From an uncultured Alphaproteobacteria bacterium (GTDB taxonomy: Bacteria > Pseudomonadota > Alphaproteobacteria > RF32 > CAG-239): DNA of 64,000 nt. The notes under the pieces were generated by a model, which was not told the DNA's origin, did not search any database, and saw only the letters and a list, made by a program, of their open reading frames with translations. Below are positions 1 to 10,474 of the stretch, one piece after another. The position numbers and the translations under genes are program-made. How positions within the stretch are numbered: the stretch's first letter is position 1; every line of letters starts with the position of its first letter. The stretch is from the NCBI GenBank assembly GCA_944393665.1, contig CALYAX010000006.1:11780-75779 (forward strand), in the 5' to 3' direction.

Positions 1-296
1 TGATAAAATTCTTCTTCCGGCAGCTCCGGCAGCAGCGCCCGCGGCGCATACAATCCGGTGCCAATCAGGGTTTCGGCAAGGTTGCGGTCATCGCAGCCCT
101 TGATTTTCACCCGCAATAAGTCCTTGGAACGGCCGACGACCTTTAAGCTGAACTTTTTATCTCCGGCTTCATTTTCAAGAGCGCCGTATTTATCAATGTC
201 CTTATCAACGGCGGTAAAGCTTTTCACTTTGACTTCGCCCTTGATTCCGTGGACGCCGACAATGGCTCCCAAACAAATCCGTTCACTCTGGTTCAT
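1..296 (-). CDS. rimM: 16S rRNA processing protein RimM (3' end outside window)
   Basis: Manual translation MNQSERICLGAIVGVHGIKGEVKVKSFT...DRNLAE...LPELPEEEFY; directly downstream of rpsP. Confidence 0.93.
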   Translation of the reverse strand, partial: MNQSERICLGAIVGVHGIKGEVKVKSFTAVDKDIDKYGALENEAGDKKFSLKVVGRSKDLLRVKIKGCDDRNLAETLIGTGLYAPRALLPELPEEEFY

Positions 297-325
297 GCTT
301 TTGGTCCTTCAGCAGTTAACCTTTA

Positions 326-766
326 TTATTCAGCAGAAGCTTCTTCAGCAGCAGGGGCTTCAGCGGCGGCAGGAACGTCCTGTGCGGCAGGAGCTTCCTG
401 TGCGGCTTTGGCAGCCTCAGCGGCAGCGGCGGCTTTTTCGGCCCGTTCTTTCAAGCGCTCCTGAGCCTTGGCTTTGGGAGCAGATTTCTGCGGCTGATTA
501 CGCAAAACCGGAGCTTTTACCAAACCCAGATTCGACAACATTTTCTGCAGGCGCTCGGTGGGTTCGGCACCCTGAGAGAGCCAATATTTGACGCGCTCTT
601 CATTAATTACAAAACGCTCGGCATGATCCTGAGGGAGCATGGGGTTATAAGAACCCAGTCTTTCAATGAAACGGCCGTCGCGGGGTGCGCGCTGATCTGC
701 GGCAACAACACGGTAAAACGGACGCTTTTTAGAACCACCACGAGACAGTCTGATACGTACTGACAT
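326..766 (-). CDS. rpsP: 30S ribosomal protein S16 with Ala/Glu-rich tail
   Basis: [41 protein letters not shown] signature. Confidence 0.98.
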   Translation of the reverse strand: MSVRIRLSRGGSKKRPFYRVVAADQRAPRDGRFIERLGSYNPMLPQDHAERFVINEERVKYWLSQGAEPTERLQKMLSNLGLVKAPVLRNQPQKSAPKAKAQERLKERAEKAAAAAEAAKAAQEAPAAQDVPAAAEAPAAEEASAE

Positions 767-829
767 TTATTTTCCTTTCTAAAGTTACTAAATCTTGCCG
801 CTTTTAGACGGCATTCTTTTTCCGCCGTC

Positions 830-2221
830 TTAAAACGGAAACCTTCCACCCATCCCGCCGGGCAAATTCATGCCTTTGGGAAGATTTTTCAACAGCGAAG
901 GGTTCATCATGTTTTTCATGCCGCCCTTCCCCATTTTCTTCATCATGGAGGCCATCTGCTCATAAGACTTGAGCAGTTTGTTGACCTCATGAACTTCTAC
1001 GCCCGCGCCCGCGGCAATGCGTTTTTTGCGCGAGGCTTTAATCACATCGGGGTTTCTCCGCTCCGCTTTGGTCATGGAGAGGATAATCGCCTCCTGTTTT
1101 TTAATCAGACCGTCGCCGACACCGGACGCCTCAATCTGACTTTTGAATTTAGACAGGCCGGGAATCATTCCGATAATATTCCCCAGCGAGCCTATTTTCT
1201 GAACCTGTTTCAGCTGGCTTAACATATCATTTAAGTCAAACCGGCCTTTCATCATTTTGGCAGCAAGTTTTTCCGTTTCTTCCCGGTCAACGTTTTCAAT
1301 CGCTTTTTCGACCAGAGAAACGACATCGCCCTGCCCTAAAATCCGCCCGGCCAGACGGTCGGGGTGATATTCTTCAAACTCATCAAGCTTTTCGCCGGTG
1401 CCCAAAAACTTGATCGGCACGCCGGCGACCATTTTCATCGACAAAGCCGCGCCGGCCCGCGATGAGCCGTCAATCCGGGTCAGCACCAGGCCGGTGACGC
1501 CGACCTGTTCGGAAAAGGCCCTGGCGACGGTACAGGCGTCCTGTCCGGACAAAGCATCTGCCACCAGCAGAACCTCTGCGGGAGCGGCAATTTTTTTAAC
1601 TTCAACCACTTCTTCCATCAGCTGTTGGTCGATATGCAAACGGCCCGCCGAATCGAGAATAACAATATCAAATCCGCCTTTTTTAGCATAATCCAGCGCC
1701 CGGCGGGTGATGGCGGCAGGCTTTTCACCGTTGATAACCGGCAACGCGTGGCCCTTAATCTGTGCGGCCAGCTGGGACAGCTGCTCCTGCGCGGCGGGGC
1801 GATAAATATCGAGCGAAGCCAATAAAACTTTTTTATGATTTTTTTCTGCCAGCCGCTTGGCAATTTTGGCCGCGGAAGTCGTTTTACCGGAGCCCTGCAG
1901 GCCGACCATAAGAATACTCAGCGGCGCCGGGGCATTTAAATTAAGCGGGACAGCCTCGGTGCCGAGAACTTTAACCAGTTCATCATGGACAATCTTAATG
2001 ACCATCTGCCCGGGCTGAACGGAGCGGACGACCTTTTCGCCGATGGCCTGTTCCCTGACCTGATTAATAAACTCTTTGACGACCGGAAGCGCAACATCGG
2101 CTTCAAGCAGGGCAACGCGGATTTCGCGCAGGGCCGAATTAATATCATCCTCGGTCAGCACGCCGCGCGAGGTGATTTTATTAAAGACTGCCGCCAGTTT
2201 ATCGCTCAAAGCTTCAAACAC
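830..2221 (-). CDS. ffh: Signal recognition particle protein Ffh
   Basis: ALLEADV, GLQGSGKTT, DSAGR, Met-rich M domain; ffh-rpsP-rimM order. Confidence 0.98.
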   Translation of the reverse strand: MFEALSDKLAAVFNKITSRGVLTEDDINSALREIRVALLEADVALPVVKEFINQVREQAIGEKVVRSVQPGQMVIKIVHDELVKVLGTEAVPLNLNAPAPLSILMVGLQGSGKTTSAAKIAKRLAEKNHKKVLLASLDIYRPAAQEQLSQLAAQIKGHALPVINGEKPAAITRRALDYAKKGGFDIVILDSAGRLHIDQQLMEEVVEVKKIAAPAEVLLVADALSGQDACTVARAFSEQVGVTGLVLTRIDGSSRAGAALSMKMVAGVPIKFLGTGEKLDEFEEYHPDRLAGRILGQGDVVSLVEKAIENVDREETEKLAAKMMKGRFDLNDMLSQLKQVQKIGSLGNIIGMIPGLSKFKSQIEASGVGDGLIKKQEAIILSMTKAERRNPDVIKASRKKRIAAGAGVEVHEVNKLLKSYEQMASMMKKMGKGGMKNMMNPSLLKNLPKGMNLPGGMGGRFPF

Positions 2222-2274
2222 TGCTTTTCCTTTACTTTTTACGGGTCAGGTTATTTCCAAATTTAAAACCATTT

Positions 2275-2321
2275 CGCGCCAGTGTGCGAACCCTCGCTGA
2301 CTGGCGGCACTCCTTGGAGTG
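2275..2321 (-). promoter_or_regulatory. Probable alphaproteobacterial ffh leader RNA motif
   Basis: CGCCAGT(2277-83)/ACTGGCG(2300-06) stem plus CACTCC/GGAGTG hairpin ~55 nt upstream of ffh; position and shape fit the known ffh motif (not model-verified). Confidence 0.55.
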
Positions 2322-2411
2322 TTATAAATTTTCGGTCGTCATATGAAAATTTACCTTAATTGAGCAGGTTTATATAAGTATTTTTATAAAGAGTCAAGCC
2401 TAAAAAAACAG

Positions 2412-2438
2412 AAAAGCCCGCCGGGAAGCGGACTTTTC
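2412..2438 (-). terminator. Intrinsic terminator candidate
   Basis: AAAAGCCCGC-cggga-AGCGGACTTTT hairpin just after the stop of 2445..3023. Confidence 0.55.
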
Positions 2439-2444
2439 AAAATT

Positions 2445-3023
2445 TTATAATAATCTGCCGGCATCCGGCAAATTTTGCAGCTGCTGCCAGCCTTCAGGAA
2501 TCTGAGCCTGATGCTTCAGGATAATCTCATCCACCTTCTTTTCATTTATTTCAGACAGAGTATCATTATCAACTGCAAAATAATGACGTTCTCCGGAATA
2601 GCCACTTTTTCGCGTTTCCAATATTCCAAATTCGGCTTTGACTGCGTCAAACATCCAAACACCAATGGAAACTCTTGTAATTTTTCCGGTTTTGCTATCG
2701 ACTAACTCGGCATTATTCAAATCGACATAGGTGCTCACTTTGTCATCTTTGCCGATGAGAAGATAATCGTCCAAAAGATAAAAGCACTCTTTTTTATTGT
2801 AAGGACGGCGCAAAAAGATATCATGCGGCAACATCTGGTCCTGACAGCGCATGAAAATATTTTCATGTCCCGAACCAACATTAAAATAGCATTTAATAAA
2901 TTCATTTTTCTTATGTGCCCCCAGGCGGCGCTGAATCAATTTTCCATAATGAGTCCGAAACTCAATCAAACAATTGTTCTCATCCAAAAACAAACCGCTG
3001 AGGGGAAATTCTGCATTTTCCAT
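2445..3023 (-). CDS. Hypothetical protein
   Basis: Open frame; ATG 3023 (MENAEF) preferred to the upstream AT-rich extension; no motif recognised. Confidence 0.6.
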   Translation of the reverse strand: MENAEFPLSGLFLDENNCLIEFRTHYGKLIQRRLGAHKKNEFIKCYFNVGSGHENIFMRCQDQMLPHDIFLRRPYNKKECFYLLDDYLLIGKDDKVSTYVDLNNAELVDSKTGKITRVSIGVWMFDAVKAEFGILETRKSGYSGERHYFAVDNDTLSEINEKKVDEIILKHQAQIPEGWQQLQNLPDAGRLL

Positions 3024-3178
3024 AATTATATTTTTTATTTTGTAAATAATTTTAACTGTAATTCTTTTATTAGCCAAACCCGACGCTTTTGTCAAAACAA
3101 AAAATTTCCGCCGGGGATTTTAATTCCCTAAACAGGGTTTATTTATAAGACGGTGTTAATTTAGCGGAGTTGTTTAAG

Positions 3179-4888
3179 ATGAAAGTGGTGATTATCGGCG
3201 GCGGAACGGCTGGAATTGGCGTGGCAACCGGATTGCGGCGGCAGGATGAAAATGCCGAAATTGTTGTTTTGGAAAAAAGCGACGAATTTGCCGTCGCCCG
3301 TCCGGGACTGACGGATTATCTGAGCGGAAAAATCACCGATGCCGAACAACTGCAAGGCGCCACCATTGAACAAATGGCGGAAATCTTTAAGATTGCCGTC
3401 AAACCCGGGCATGAAGTTGTTAATCTGGACCGCAAAAAGAAACAACTGATTATTGAAGGGCATGAACCGGAAACTTATGATAAGCTGGTTCTGGCTACGG
3501 GAGCCCTGACGCTGCGGCCGGATATTCCGGGAATTTTGGGAGACAATATTTTCACCATTAGTAATTTTCGTTCAGTACAGAAAATCCGCGATTATTATCT
3601 GGGTACCGGCGCGCAAAAAGTCCTGATTCTCGGCGGCGGAGAAATCGGTATCGCCACGGCGGAAGCCTGCCAGAAACTGGGGGCCAAAGTTACGGTTATT
3701 GAGGCGCAAAGCCATATTCTGCCTTATTTTGATGAAGATATGACGGCTTTGCTGCAAAACCATCTGCGTGACAGCGGTATCAAACTTTTTACCAATACGC
3801 TGGTTACCCGCTTTGACGAAGACACCGCGGATTTGGATAACGGGAGTACGATTGATTATGATCTGGCGATTATTTGCACCGGGGTTAAGCCTGATGTCAA
3901 ACTCCCGGTGATGGCTGATCTGGATCTGGGGGTCAGCGGCGGTCTTTGGGTTAACTCCTTTTTACAGACCAATGATAAAGATATTTATGCCTGCGGCGAT
4001 AATATTGAAGTTGTCAGCCTGGTAACCGGAGAAGCTTTCCGCTGGCCCAGCGCTGCCCTTTCCCTCAAAGAAGCGCGGGTTGTTGCTGCAAACCTGGCCG
4101 GAAAAAATCGTGAATTTTCGCCGATTGCAGGCACTTCTTTAGTACGGGCTGCCGGATATTATGCGGTTCTTTGCGGGGCCAGCGAACATGATCTGCAAAG
4201 CCTGGGTATCGGCTACCGCTGTGTTCATCTGTTGCAAAAAGACCATGACTGCTATCTCCCCGGCGGCAACCAGATGATTTTAAAACTGCTGTTTACGCCG
4301 GAAGGTAAAATTCTCGGAGCGCAGGGCATCGGCAAAAGCGGGATTGATAAACGGATAGATGTTATTGCGGAGATTATCCGCAAAGGCGGAACCTATCTCG
4401 ATTTGCTTGAGGCAGAAATAGCCTACGGACCGGAAGACGCGGCGGCCAAAGATGCCGTTAACAATTTGGGGGCGCTTGCTGCCGGCGTGGTTAACGGCGA
4501 AACACGTTATGTTTATATCAATACTTTGGATTGGTGCAAAGTCGGCAACGAGATTATGCTGATCGATACACGGTCACCCCAGCTTTTCAAGGCCGGGCAT
4601 ATTGCCCATGCTGTTAATATTCCTCTCAAAACCCTGCGCGACAATTTGGGTTCCATCCCGCGCGACCGTCAGGTTGTGCTTTACTGCGGACACGGTTACG
4701 GCGCCTACAATGCCTATTGTCTTCTCAACCAGCGCGGTTATGACAATGTATATCTTTTGAGCGGATCGATGGATTTGTACATGGAGATTATGCTGAACGA
4801 GATATATAACGAGCACGCGGCAGAATCCATGGAAGAAGTGTGGAACCGCCTGCAATATGCCAATGACGATGATATAACAGTCCAATAG
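3179..4888 (+). CDS. CoA-disulfide reductase/NADH oxidase-family flavoprotein with C-terminal rhodanese domain
   Basis: GGGTAG and GGGEIG dinucleotide-binding motifs, LVLATGA, IYACGD, DKRIDV; rhodanese IDTR..GHI..AVNIP..VVLYC. Confidence 0.88.
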   Translation: MKVVIIGGGTAGIGVATGLRRQDENAEIVVLEKSDEFAVARPGLTDYLSGKITDAEQLQGATIEQMAEIFKIAVKPGHEVVNLDRKKKQLIIEGHEPETYDKLVLATGALTLRPDIPGILGDNIFTISNFRSVQKIRDYYLGTGAQKVLILGGGEIGIATAEACQKLGAKVTVIEAQSHILPYFDEDMTALLQNHLRDSGIKLFTNTLVTRFDEDTADLDNGSTIDYDLAIICTGVKPDVKLPVMADLDLGVSGGLWVNSFLQTNDKDIYACGDNIEVVSLVTGEAFRWPSAALSLKEARVVAANLAGKNREFSPIAGTSLVRAAGYYAVLCGASEHDLQSLGIGYRCVHLLQKDHDCYLPGGNQMILKLLFTPEGKILGAQGIGKSGIDKRIDVIAEIIRKGGTYLDLLEAEIAYGPEDAAAKDAVNNLGALAAGVVNGETRYVYINTLDWCKVGNEIMLIDTRSPQLFKAGHIAHAVNIPLKTLRDNLGSIPRDRQVVLYCGHGYGAYNAYCLLNQRGYDNVYLLSGSMDLYMEIMLNEIYNEHAAESMEEVWNRLQYANDDDITVQ

Positions 4889-4957
4889 GAAAAAATTGGC
4901 GGCCCTTGAAAAAAACGCTTGCAAGTTAGATTGTTTTAGGTTATTAAGGTGATGTTT

Positions 4958-6535
4958 TCAAATGGTCCCATCGTCTAGTGGCCTAGGACATCGCCCTCTC
5001 ACGGCGAGAACAGGAGTTCGAGTCTCCTTGGGATCACCAATTGCAACACCTTCCGATTTGGAGGGTGTTTTTTTATTTAAAGACTGCACCCAATCGAACG
5101 GTTTTCTAAGGTCATACGAAAATTTCTGACCGTCTAATTTAAAGTTCGCAAGTACAATATTTAAAATCGCCCTTTTTGTTTCAACTTGCGAACTCGAGAA
5201 GATATCATAGGCATTGCTTCCCAAAGACAACACCGTTCCCAGAGCAATAGAAAACCGCTCGTCGGCTTGAGTTAAGGAACTCATCTCATCTTCAAGTTTG
5301 TACTGTTCTTCTTTGAGAACGGAACTAATCTCGTTATATTCATCTGCAGATATCCTCTGTTTAGCGTAATCAAGTCTGATATTCTTCAGTCCGTTAACAC
5401 ATTCATCATATTTTTTACGTGCTTTGGCGAGCTGTCTGCGTTGAAATTCACTTTGATTGTCAATAATCCTCTCCATATCAGCCCTAATATAGTGCATAAT
5501 TTCTTCATCAAGATGTAAATTTTTCAAAGTCGTTTTAACTTGGGCTAGTGCAACATCTTCATTGAGCGGCTTTGTTTTGCAATTACCTTTATAATGTGAA
5601 CAACGAAGATAGGTGTATTTCTCTTTTTTTATGTAAGATGTTATGGTGCATCCACAACTGCATTGTATCAGTCCACGAAAGACAAAAGGTCTAGAACCAT
5701 ATTTAAACTGCCGAGCTTTAGCCTTTCCTTTGCCTTTTAATATTCTCTGGCAGTTTTCAAATGTCCTTTCAGTTATCAGCCTTTCATAGATATGAGGCCT
5801 TTCTTTATTTCTAAAAACGGCAATACCGTGATAAAATTTACAATTTAGAATTCTGTAAACTGCACTTGTATTTATTGGGGCGGTATTACTCCTGTTCATA
5901 AATCCCCATTCTTTGCATTTTTGAGTTATCTCACTTATTGAGTAAAGTCCAGTTTCGTAGTATTCAAACAATTTTTTAACCAATGGCGCCCTTTCTTCAT
6001 CAATTATTACATTTGCTCTACCGTCAGGCATTCTGATATTGTTGTAACCTAGTGGAGCTTTACTCATACAATATCCCTTATCTGCTTGGCACTCCATATT
6101 CTCAGTTACATTATCACGCACGCTTAACGCATAGCTTTGTGCCATAACGATATTTATCCCAAGACGGGTTAAGTCATTGCTTTTAGAATCTTTATCTAGG
6201 ATTAGATTTTCTCTAATAAAATGTAGTTCAAGCCTACCTTGTTGCCTAAGCTCATCAATCATTGTGTAGTTTTTAAAATTTCTGAAAATGCGGTCTGTGG
6301 TTATACAAACAAGAGCAACACAAAACCTCTGCTTTTTTATGAAACTTATTGCTTCCATAAACTGTTTACGCTCGCCACGAGTACTACTCTCAACAATTTC
6401 AAAACTATGTATTATCTCAAGACCTCTCTTTTGACAGTACGCTAATGTGCTATCTTTTTGATTTTTAAGAGAAAACCCTTCAAGCTCTTGCATTCTTGTG
6501 CTGACCCTTTGAATGGTAACGGCTTTTTTATACAA
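4958..6535 (-). CDS. Large serine recombinase (integrase); 3' end runs antisense through the tRNA
   Basis: RVST catalytic Ser motif, DRIFR, PLGY recombinase domain, CSCG..YLRC..C zinc ribbon, coiled coil. Confidence 0.93.
   Translation of the reverse strand: MYKKAVTIQRVSTRMQELEGFSLKNQKDSTLAYCQKRGLEIIHSFEIVESSTRGERKQFMEAISFIKKQRFCVALVCITTDRIFRNFKNYTMIDELRQQGRLELHFIRENLILDKDSKSNDLTRLGINIVMAQSYALSVRDNVTENMECQADKGYCMSKAPLGYNNIRMPDGRANVIIDEERAPLVKKLFEYYETGLYSISEITQKCKEWGFMNRSNTAPINTSAVYRILNCKFYHGIAVFRNKERPHIYERLITERTFENCQRILKGKGKAKARQFKYGSRPFVFRGLIQCSCGCTITSYIKKEKYTYLRCSHYKGNCKTKPLNEDVALAQVKTTLKNLHLDEEIMHYIRADMERIIDNQSEFQRRQLAKARKKYDECVNGLKNIRLDYAKQRISADEYNEISSVLKEEQYKLEDEMSSLTQADERFSIALGTVLSLGSNAYDIFSSSQVETKRAILNIVLANFKLDGQKFSYDLRKPFDWVQSLNKKTPSKSEGVAIGDPKETRTPVLAVRGRCPRPLDDGTI
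4964..5039 (+). tRNA. tRNA-Glu (anticodon CTC)
   Basis: GGTCCCA/TGGGATC acceptor stem, TCGCC-CT-CTC-AC-GGCGA anticodon arm, GTTCGA T-loop, encoded CCA; 76 nt. Confidence 0.97.
5045..5074 (+). terminator. Element-supplied terminator for the tRNA
   Basis: AACACCTTCC-gattt-GGAGGGTGTT hairpin followed by a T-run. Confidence 0.75.
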
Positions 6536-6721
6536 CTTACTAACTCCTTAACCTGAGAATTCAACTGCATTTATGATACGGCAATCATAGACAAAATACA
6601 ATAAATTTAACACGATATTATTACTATATTTTTACGAATAAATATGAAAAATATTCTATAGCATTTGTATATTAAAACCCTAAAAGTATAGGGATTTACA
6701 GCCTTTTATTGTTAACAAAAT

Positions 6722-6946
6722 ATGCTAATCTATAAGCGACTAAAAAGTCAAATATCGTTAAATATTTTGTCTAAAAGGTGGCGAGTGAGAAGTAAAAGGG
6801 AAATAATAAGGAGTTGGTATCCCGAGGATGTCTTGTCTGACGAGCAAGTTGACGAGATGTACTCTCGCTTACTCAATTATTTTCTAACTCTCTACTATGC
6901 TGACAAAGAAAATCAAACAACTCATTCTATAGAAAAGGAAAACTGA
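6722..6946 (+). CDS. Small hypothetical protein
   Basis: ORF divergent from the integrase, abutting the next gene; start uncertain. Confidence 0.45.
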   Translation: MLIYKRLKSQISLNILSKRWRVRSKREIIRSWYPEDVLSDEQVDEMYSRLLNYFLTLYYADKENQTTHSIEKEN

Positions 6947-6947
6947 T

Positions 6948-7730
6948 ATGAGTACAATAAATGAATTAATTGAAACAACGCAAAAGTATTTTAAAGAGCA
7001 TAATGAAATTGAGTGCCAAGGACACGATTATCTGAGAAACGGTCTCTGTGGTTGTTACGAAATTTTGTTAAGAACGACTGATGATGAAATAAAGTGTTTA
7101 CTCAGTGAAGGTAAAATTATCAAGAAATATAAGAAAGAAAACAAAGCTAAATATATTTTGTGGCTGACAATGGGAAAACCGAAAAGTAAAAAGAAAAACC
7201 CTTTTTATGAAAAAGAAAGCTGTCGCATAAGAATGTATGCCAGACTACTGAAACAATTGGAAGAAGTTGATGCCAATATAGAAGATGCGAGAAAATTTAT
7301 AGATGATTATGGCATATATGCGATTGCAAACCTAAAAAAACTTAAAAATAGGGAAGATAATACTGATAGTGAGAACCCCAAACACAAGAAATGTAAAGAT
7401 GAGCTTTTGCACGATAATGAATTTGATGAAGATGATACTTCTGATAATGAAAGTGATGATATCGAGGATGAGGATTATGATGAGGAAGAAGATGATGAAG
7501 ACGAAAACTATGATACGAAAGAGGAGAATAATAAGGAAACAGATAACACACCAAAAAAGTCTTCACAAGTTCGCAGAATGCTAAAAGATAACGGCATTAA
7601 TAAAAAGCGCTTAATACTCATAAAAATTGACAAGAAAATTTTTATTTGCCAGGGCAAAAACAACACTAAACCAATTATAAATTTTATTGAGAAAAATGGC
7701 ATTGAGTTACAAAACATTAATAAAATTTGA
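6948..7730 (+). CDS. Hypothetical protein with long Asp/Glu tract
   Basis: 260 aa ORF, AAGGA RBS, acidic linker between basic domains. Confidence 0.7.
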   Translation: MSTINELIETTQKYFKEHNEIECQGHDYLRNGLCGCYEILLRTTDDEIKCLLSEGKIIKKYKKENKAKYILWLTMGKPKSKKKNPFYEKESCRIRMYARLLKQLEEVDANIEDARKFIDDYGIYAIANLKKLKNREDNTDSENPKHKKCKDELLHDNEFDEDDTSDNESDDIEDEDYDEEEDDEDENYDTKEENNKETDNTPKKSSQVRRMLKDNGINKKRLILIKIDKKIFICQGKNNTKPIINFIEKNGIELQNINKI

Positions 7731-7867
7731 AGGTTGTTTTGTTGGGGGCGTAAAAAGCCCCCAGCAATTCCGTTATTTAATAACGTTTTGATTAAAAAAC
7801 CGCAAATATGTATACAACCACAACAAGAAAACAATGCAGTTAAATCAATAAAATAAAGGGATTACAA

Positions 7868-8620
7868 ATGAAAACTTTTTCAGAAAAATTTGAACAGAAC
7901 GCAAATTTACAATTAAGAAAAGTAACAAGAGCAATCGATTTGTATGTTAAGAATGTTTATATAAAAAGTCGGTTGATACGGTATGTTAGTAGTCAAGCAG
8001 GGTTTGGAATGATGCAACCATTAGCCCTCAAAAACTTTTCGGATGTTGTTTATTCATATTTGGAACCAATTATCGGTAGCGATAACATCTCAATGTTTAC
8101 GGTTGTTGTCGATAAATATAACTTCGGACAGGATAATTGGAATTTTCGATACAAATCATTTCAAAAGAAAATAAAAAAGATTTTTAAAGGATATGATTAT
8201 ATCGCTAATGTTGCTTTAGATGAATTTCCTCGGATATCTTTTCAGCAAGACGGTACTTTGATGACACCGCATATTCACGGAATATTTTTTCGTACATTGA
8301 CACGTTGGGAAAAGTCAAAGTTAGCAAAAGCAATAAAAAAATATTTTCCGGAAAGTCGTATCAGACCATTTGTTGTGAGACCTCAATATGATTTGGAATC
8401 TGCAATTCAATATAGTTTTAAAGCCTTATTTGGCGGGAAAAGAACATTTACGAGAAGAGATTTAACAGTCGGATTAAAAAATACGAGTATGACGTATAAA
8501 GCAATTTATACAAACTTCACTCATCTTAAGCGTTTCAAAATATATGATTTAGCTTTTGCAGGTGGGAAAGGTAAAGAAATTTTACGCAATATTATTAGAG
8601 ACATTGAAAATGGGAGTTAA
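7868..8620 (+). CDS. HUH endonuclease, rolling-circle replication initiator-like
   Basis: FT (motif I-like), PHIHG (HUH) and YSFK (YxxK) in Rep order. Confidence 0.65.
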   Translation: MKTFSEKFEQNANLQLRKVTRAIDLYVKNVYIKSRLIRYVSSQAGFGMMQPLALKNFSDVVYSYLEPIIGSDNISMFTVVVDKYNFGQDNWNFRYKSFQKKIKKIFKGYDYIANVALDEFPRISFQQDGTLMTPHIHGIFFRTLTRWEKSKLAKAIKKYFPESRIRPFVVRPQYDLESAIQYSFKALFGGKRTFTRRDLTVGLKNTSMTYKAIYTNFTHLKRFKIYDLAFAGGKGKEILRNIIRDIENGS

Positions 8621-9165
8621 TTATTCAGGTAATTATACACGGTGCGTCTGGAGATGCCATATTGTTTGGCGATTTGGGTAATCGGTGTGCGATTGGTAAT
8701 GAGCGCTTTTATTTCCTCAACTTGTTGGGCGGTTAGTTTAGGTTGACCGCCTTTATATTTGCCGTGCAGTTTGGCAAGGGCAATTCCCTCTCGTTGGCGT
8801 TCAAGGATTAAATTCCGTTCCAGCTCCGCAACAGCTCCTAACATCGTCATCATCATTTTTTGATAAGGATCTTGTTTGTCGGCGGCAAAAGTCAAATTCT
8901 CCTTGTGAAAAACAATTTTAGCCCCTTTACTGGTTATCTCCTCAACCAAATTTAACAGGTCTTTAGTGTTGCGGGCAAGTCTGTCCATTGAATGAACATT
9001 GATAACATCACCGGCACGAATATTCAGCAACATAGCCTGCAATTCAGGGCGGTCGGTATTTTTACCGCTGATTTTTTCGATATAGGCACGGTCGCACACA
9101 ATATCTAAAAGTTGGCGTTCGGTGTTTTGGTCGGTGGTCGATACTCTCTTGTAATTAAAAATCAT
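8617..9165 (-). CDS. Resolvase/invertase (small serine recombinase)
   Basis: YKRVST.DQ, DRLAR, ERQREGI, C-terminal HTH. Confidence 0.95.
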   Translation of the reverse strand: MIFNYKRVSTTDQNTERQLLDIVCDRAYIEKISGKNTDRPELQAMLLNIRAGDVINVHSMDRLARNTKDLLNLVEEITSKGAKIVFHKENLTFAADKQDPYQKMMMTMLGAVAELERNLILERQREGIALAKLHGKYKGGQPKLTAQQVEEIKALITNRTPITQIAKQYGISRRTVYNYLNN

Positions 9166-9215
9166 ATTTTTTGCTCCTTTGTATGAAATTGATATTTATA
9201 ACTTTGGTTTACACC

Positions 9216-9251
9216 TGTGCAATGAACCGTATTTTTGATGTAGATTGCACA
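9216..9251. promoter_or_regulatory. Candidate res sub-site
   Basis: TGTGCAAT...ATTGCACA inverted repeat upstream of the resolvase start. Confidence 0.4.
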
Positions 9252-9280
9252 TAAAATCATCTGTGAAAGCACGGTATACT

Positions 9281-9805
9281 TCATTTGCATACCCTCGCTT
9301 TGATAACATACACGTCGTTCTTGCTAATTTGGTGAATTTGCGGAATGTTGCGAATTGGGATTTGTTTTATACTGCCGCTGTCCAAAAGCGTGATTGAATT
9401 TTTAACCTTGTCAACGGTTGTCCAGTGTGAATATTTGCCCTCTAGACCGATTAAAACGGCAGTGTCAGGCATTTCTGAATATCGTTTAATCTGGTTTATC
9501 ACTTCATCAACCGGCAGTTTTTTTCTTAACAAAGGACGGGAAACCTTAATGGATATGTCGAAATCAATTTTTAACTTTTCATCAATACAGATAAAATACA
9601 TTTTTAGCAGAGAATTTTCTGTTCCGGTTAAATGAACACTCAATAATTTGCCGCAATTTTCCAGGTTTATATAAATAGCATTCAACAACTCCCTTTGATA
9701 CTCCTTAGAAAGATGTTTGAAGCCACTGATGGCTTTTGTGGTGGATATGACACTTGCAAAACATCCACATAAATAGGTAAAGCCCTGACTGATGATCGCC
9801 GTCAA
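9281..9805 (-). CDS. Hypothetical protein, possibly papain/C39-like peptidase
   Basis: Q..YLCG near the N-terminus, HWTTV...LLDS near the C-terminus. Confidence 0.4.
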   Translation of the reverse strand: MTAIISQGFTYLCGCFASVISTTKAISGFKHLSKEYQRELLNAIYINLENCGKLLSVHLTGTENSLLKMYFICIDEKLKIDFDISIKVSRPLLRKKLPVDEVINQIKRYSEMPDTAVLIGLEGKYSHWTTVDKVKNSITLLDSGSIKQIPIRNIPQIHQISKNDVYVIKARVCK

Positions 9806-10125
9806 TATTCATCTCCACGCATAATGGTTAAGACTCGATTTGTGACATTCGGGTCGCTAGGGGCAGGGCTGAAATAATTATAATCGGTGTCGTAATAGTC
9901 AATTTTCCAGAAATACGTATCGTTTTTGAAATTGATAGCCCCGAAGTCGTGTTCTCCGTATGGATCGTTGTCCTCGGTAAAATTATCAAACTCCTGAACT
10001 TGTTTTATAAGCTCATTTCGGTCATCATCGGTTAATGATTGCACGCAAGGGGTAATAACCACACGTCCACTATTAAATGACTTGCGAAACGAATCGTTTA
10101 ATTGTCTTATTTTTTCAATATTCAT
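9802..10125 (-). CDS. DUF3768-family protein
   Basis: LNDSFR..NDPYGEHDFG..FWKIDYYD..RVLTIM..EY. Confidence 0.85.
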   Translation of the reverse strand: MNIEKIRQLNDSFRKSFNSGRVVITPCVQSLTDDDRNELIKQVQEFDNFTEDNDPYGEHDFGAINFKNDTYFWKIDYYDTDYNYFSPAPSDPNVTNRVLTIMRGDEY

Positions 10126-10474
10126 TTTCTTACCTTTAAAATAAAAAAAGAGCCTCAACACTGGGTTGAAGCTCCGATTGTTAAATTGAGATTGTAAACG
10201 GTTCTAACTGACTTATTTCGAGTTTGTTAGTTAGAAATCGCATATTACACCTCACTTTCAAACATACAAAACCTTTGCTGCCCTTGCTAAAAAACAGCTT
10301 TGTACACGGTTTCATATATTTTGTGATTTATAATAAAAACGAATCGAATCAATTTTTATTATGGTTAAATATAACATATTTCACTAAAAATTGCAAGTAA
10401 AATATTATGAAAAATCAGGCAATTAGTTGATAATTTAGTTGTATAAAAAACAATATATCAGGAGTTTATTACCG

